From the human T2T-CHM13v2.0 reference genome, Homo sapiens: a DNA stretch of 64,000 nucleotides. The position numbers and the translations under genes are program-made. Below, one piece after another: positions 59,662-64,000 of this stretch. Every line of letters starts with the position of its first letter. Position 1 is the first letter of the stretch. Under the pieces are notes generated by a model that did no database searches, had not been told where the DNA came from, and worked only from the letters and a program-made list of their open reading frames with translations. The stretch lies in NCBI RefSeq assembly GCF_009914755.1, contig NC_060927.1. One strand, written 5' to 3'.

Positions 59662-60805
59662 TGCATGGTGGCCCCCAAATTTACACACTGAACTCTATGC
59701 CCAGTACCTCAGAATGGGACTGCACTTGGAGATGCAGTAGTTCCCACTTCTCTGCTGTTTTGCTTTCTGAAATTTTAGTTACCTACGGTCAATCACGTCT
59801 GAAAATATTAAATGGAAAATGCCACAGCCTGGGCAACATAGTGAGACCCCATCTCTACAAAAAGTTTAAAATCTAAAAACTAGCCCGACATGGTGGCGTG
59901 TGCCTGTGGTCCCAGCTACTCAGAAGACAGAGGCGGGAGGATCGCTTGAGCCCAGGAGGATCACTTAAGCCTGGGTGACAGAGCAAGACCCTGTCTCAAA
60001 CAAAAAGGAAAAAAAAAAAGGAAGAAAGAAAATTCCAGAAACAAACTATTCATAAGTTTTAAATTGCACACCATTCAGAGTAGACTGAAAAATCTCGCTG
60101 AGTGCAGCCCCATCCAGCTTGGGTGTGAATCATCCCACTGTCCAGCGTCTTTATGCTGTACCTGCAACTCCCCCATCTGTGAGTCATCAACATCGTCTGC
60201 TCCTGACATCCAGCCTGCAGTGTCATCACGGCTCAATGGTCCAGGGTAACCACAGCAGGTGACCCTCCCTCTGACGTACGTATCATCAGAAGGTTGGCAG
60301 CAGCCTGACACTATGTCACAGTGCCCACGTCACTCACTCACGAAGGCATTGTGTCATCTCACAGCCTCACAGAAAGAGTGAGTGAGGCACAATCGGGCGT
60401 TTGGAGTAAGAGAAGCCACACTCCCATAACCCTTATAACAGTATGTCCTGTTATTGTTCTATTGTATTCATGGTTGCTATTGTTAATCTCTCACTGTGCC
60501 TAATTCATAAATTAAACTTTATCATAGGTTTGTACATGGGGGGAAGTTCAGTACTATCCACAGTCTCCAACATCCACTGGGGGTCTTGGAGCACCCCTTG
60601 CAGATCAGGGGGACTCCTGCAGAGTCAGTAAAGAGGTACTTAAGTTAAAACGAGTGGCTCATAACCCAATATAACTGGTGTTCTTGTAAGAAGAGATCTG
60701 GACACAGACGCACAAAGGGGAATGACGAGGTGAAGACCCCGGAGGAGGAGACAGCCACCTGCAAGCCAAGGAGAGGGAGGCCTCAGGAGAAACCGCACTG
60801 ACACG
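59662..60805 (+). mobile_element. MLT1A/B LTR split by MER44
   Basis: GGTGGCCCCCAAA...CCCAGTACCTCAGAATG...TTGGAGAT joins CCAATATAACTGGTGTTCTTGTAAGAAGAG...GCAAGCCAAGGAGAG. Confidence 0.75.
59735..60619. mobile_element. MER44 (Tigger7-derived) element containing a truncated AluJ (59826-60030)
   Basis: Ends CAGTAGTTCCCACTT / AGGGGGACTCCTG; AAAATATTAAATGGAAAA...TTCATAAGTTTTAAATTGC. Confidence 0.8.
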
Positions 60806-61044
60806 CTCCCCTACTGCACACACCACCCAAGAAAGAACCCCAGATGGGGCTGGCTTCCTAGGAGGTGGGAAGCCAGCCTCATCCCCTTGATTACAGCTGG
60901 GCAAACTGAGGCTGACACTGCTCTATCTCCTTGGGGCAGCAGGAAGGAAGGAATCACTCCCTTCAAACACCCCCCCAGCTCTGGGCCATCCCTCGCAGGC
61001 CCAAGTTCTTTCTGCCCTGGATTAGGGTGATTTATATCTTTTTC

Positions 61045-61530
61045 ATGCATTTATTTATTCATTCCATTATCTAACTCATATTTATTGAACACCTACTATG
61101 TGCCAGGCACTGGGCTAGGCATTGGGGAGATCGTGGTGAGCAGGACAGACAAGATCCCTGCCCTCACGGAGCTCATGTGCTGGTGGGGACGGAGTGTGCA
61201 CATGAAGTCTAAAGAAAGGAGATCATTTTAGAGAGGGGCTCCGAAATGCCGGGGGCTGGCATGACAGTTACTAGGGACCAGAGGGACTGGGGCAGGGAGA
61301 CAATGTCGAAAGGGTGATCAGGGAAGGTGACATTTCAGTGGGACTCAAATGACAGGGAGCAGCCCATGTGTGAATGCCGGAGGAGGTGTGCTCCCAGGGA
61401 AAGGAGCTGCGCGTGGACATACCTGCATCTGGAGAGAGCGTGGGCTATCAGAGGAGCGGTGAAGAGGGCAGTGTGGCCAGAGCACACTGAGCAGAGTGAA
61501 GAGGAGGGTGAGATGGGGCCCCGGAGCTGT
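61045..61530 (-). mobile_element. L2a 3' end
   Basis: TATTTATTGAACACCTACTATGTGCCAGGCACTGGGCTAGG...CCCTGCCCTCACGGAGCTCA. Confidence 0.85.
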
Positions 61531-61759
61531 GAAGGAGGACCTTGTCTTGAACCGTCCTCAGGGACAATGTGCCAGGGGAGGGTCCAGCCTCCAGGCTCCT
61601 CCTCTGCCAGCCCCATCTGCCCCTGAGCAGTTGCCTGGGAGGCAGCAAGGAACATGAAGAGTCACGTGGATTCTGAAGACAAAACTAAACTGGAATCTCA
61701 GCTCTGAACCCCCAGCTATGTGACCTTGATTGTGTCATTTTCTAGAAGACACTGTCCTT

Positions 61760-62166
61760 TGCAGCCCAGACCCCTCCTTCTGGACCAAGGTATTTGGGAG
61801 TGTTGAAGGCTGAAGCCTGACAGCTGCGTCCCTGGGTAGTGCCCTTGGATAGCAGCAGCCGCTTCGCCCAAGGTCACACCCCTCCTGGGGAGGAAGGGGG
61901 CTTTGGTAGGCATCCCACATCCAATGTCTGGCTGGTGAGGGGGTACAGAGTCCTGGCCCCTTAATTAGAAGTTAAGAACCACTCTGAAGGGCCATTCAGG
62001 TAGGAATGGCTGAGGCTTCTGTTGCCCGCAATCAACTTCTCCCTCTGCCCAGCCCTCCTTCCCTCACTCCCTCACCAGTGTCGAGCCTGAGCCTACTCCC
62101 TAATAAACTTCCTGAATGCAAATCTTCATCTCACAGTTTCTTTCCCTGGAAAACAGACCTAAGACG
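61760..62166 (+). mobile_element. LTR16-family LTR
   Basis: GCTTCGCCCAAGGTCACACCCCT, ACTCTGAAGGGCCAT, CCCTAATAAACTTCCTG...GACCTAAGAC. Confidence 0.75.
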
Positions 62167-62447
62167 CACTTCATTTCTCTGGAACTTAGTTTCTGCAGAT
62201 TTACTGAGTTGCAAAGCTTAAAAGCAATGATGTATGCAAAGCTCCTGGTCCAGGACATGATAAGTCTTCAATAAATGTCACTTGTTCTCTTTTCTGGCCT
62301 CCCTGTGCCCTTTGGTCTCACACATATGTGTATCTGCCATTGAGCTCAAGCCAAGGCCTTATACAGGGTAGATGCCCAGTGTGTTCTGAATTGAGTCAAT
62401 ACACAATATATGACAAGCATTGCACTTGTCACATTTATTAGAAGATG

Positions 62448-62730
62448 AAGTGGAAATGGTTCATTGTCCCCCAGTATCCATGCTCAATTTCTCTCATAGA
62501 AATAAAACTCTAGACTTTTAGCTGGGTACACTTCATCCCAGAATGAAGACTACAGCCTTCCCTGCAGCTAGGTATGCCCATCCGTTTAAATGCTGGCCAG
62601 TGAAACATGAGCAGAAATGATGTATGCAACTTCAAACGTGTCTTAAAAAGAAAGGTCATGCTTTGCCCTTCCCACTGGTAAGAATGCAGATGTGATGGCT
62701 GGAGCTAGAGCAGCCACATTGGACCACAGA
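62448..62730 (+). mobile_element. MLT1I/J-like LTR fragment
   Basis: TTGTCCCCCAGTATCCAT, CTGCAGCTAGGT, GAATGCAGATGTGATGGCTGGAGCT. Confidence 0.7.
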
Positions 62731-63089
62731 ATAGCAGGGCAACTGTGAAGCCAGCAGATGTACCCTGGGCTGAATGCTCACTGGCTGTGCCTTTCAGGAC
62801 CTAGTGCAGCAGATCTCTCACCTCACAGAGCCTCAGTGTTTGCATATGTGAAATGAGACAAATTCTAAGTGAGACCATATACAATGGAATCTCACTGTAC
62901 CCAACAGTTCTATTTTACAGGGGAGAAAAATTCACTTAGAACTGAAGGGCTTGGACTCTTGGGAATATTGAATTTCAGACTAACTCCTTCTTAATTAACT
63001 CATTTTGTTTATATTTATCTTTGTGGTGTGACCTTCCTTTCCTGGGGATGGTCCAGATCTAGCAGGTCCAGGGGAAAGGCTAACAAATA

Positions 63090-63550
63090 AAGAAACAGAT
63101 CTCTCCCTGTCAAAAAGGGCATCGAGTTCATGTAAATTAAAACGTGGGCCTGGCAGGCCTCCACAAGGCACGTCAGAGGTCCAGAGGCGCTCATGATGCT
63201 TATATGCTTGTTGTTCTGTGATGATTTAAAATGCCCTCAGAGCTGCAGGCACCATGGTGGTCTGGAGAGGTGCAGGTGAACCAGGAGCTGTGCAGCCTTT
63301 GCATATAGAAGAAGAGGAGGGTTTTCCTATAGATCCTGGTCAACGATGGAGAGGTTTCCATGAGCTCACTTGTCTTTGAAGTTAAGAAAAAAAAGTTTCC
63401 ATGAGCACAGCAAAGGGGCATAGAGTAGACCCTGGCCTAGATGACATGGAGGGTTTTGGAGGAAATTGGGAAGAAGAGTTTTAGAGGACAACTCATGAAT
63501 GCGTAGAATTAGCATGGATTGGCTGTGGGTGTTTGTGGATCCAAGGACTG
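63090..63550 (-). pseudogene. Possible class A GPCR relic (TM1-TM4)
   Basis: VLG..TAN..LIL (TM1-like), FLQN-SMS..TLCPFAVL (TM2-like), LLFFYMQRLHSSWFTCTSPDHH-AC (TM3/DRY-like), LW (TM4-like); frameshifted. Confidence 0.35.
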
Positions 63551-63769
63551 GCTTTCGTCTGGCCTGGACCCAGGCCTCTCCAAACCTCAGCCCAGCCCCA
63601 TCCCAGCTGCCCTGCCTCCAGACCCTGCCCACCCTCTGAGATCCAAGGAACCTCTCATTATAGCTTGGCTTTCTGCTCTATGCACCCCAGGGTATCACCC
63701 AAGGTCATGTTTAGACTTTTCACAAGAATTGGACAATTAGAGCAGACAAACAGTATGAATAACAGCAGT

Positions 63770-64000
63770 GCACAGCTCAGAATCTTGAAGGAGGCTGGCG
63801 TAGAGGATGGTGTATGTGTGCAATTTCAAAGGGCTTTACCCACTGGAACTGCTGCAACCAGAAAGATGGAAGAAGTCAAGGTACTTTTTCTTATTTCCCC
63901 CCACCAAATACAGCTAAAAGTCATGGGTATTCTGTGTAGAATGAATACAAGGAGGCCCTAACATGTGCAGAGAAGCACAAGCTGGGAGCCTCAGGACCTG
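63770..64000 (-). pseudogene. Possible class A GPCR relic (TM6-TM7), continuing beyond the window
   Basis: LLVFILHRIP (63954-63925) then AL*NCTHTP/ILYASLLQD (63825-63785), cf. NSCxNPILY. Confidence 0.45.

Noticed and set aside
63200-63421. Vomeronasal V1R pseudogene interpretation
   Set aside because: FFYMQR resembles V1R TM3, but the flanking motifs fit generic class A GPCRs at least as well, so no subfamily is assigned.

Overview
Primate (human-like) genomic DNA with no intact protein-coding exon that I can support. Positions 1-33 kb are GC-rich, intergenic- or intronic-like sequence full of MIR, L2, MLT1 and LTR16 fossils. They also hold a complete MSTB (MaLR) provirus, a MER52 LTR and a few candidate enhancer or CTCF elements. 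Positions 34-52 kb are an AT-rich block of nested old L1s (L1ME host, L1MC/MD insert) with many Alus, an MSTC/MER34/MADE1 nest, a solo ERV1 LTR and a 5'-truncated L1PA. The non-repeat gaps at 52.9-64 kb contain heavily decayed gene fossils, read by eye across frameshifts. (i) On +, KRAB-A/B-like motifs are followed ~200 bp later by a mariner (DD34D) transposase traceable from its N-terminal HTH region to its C-terminus, which is a candidate extinct KRAB-mariner fusion gene. (ii) On -, a convergent KRAB-B/linker/C2H2 zinc-finger pseudogene appears intronless and is split by an L1MB. (iii) There is an RFX X-box cluster at ~59.1 kb. (iv) There are class A GPCR-like relics at 63-64 kb. Repeat subfamily names come from recalled consensus sequences and need RepeatMasker/Dfam confirmation.
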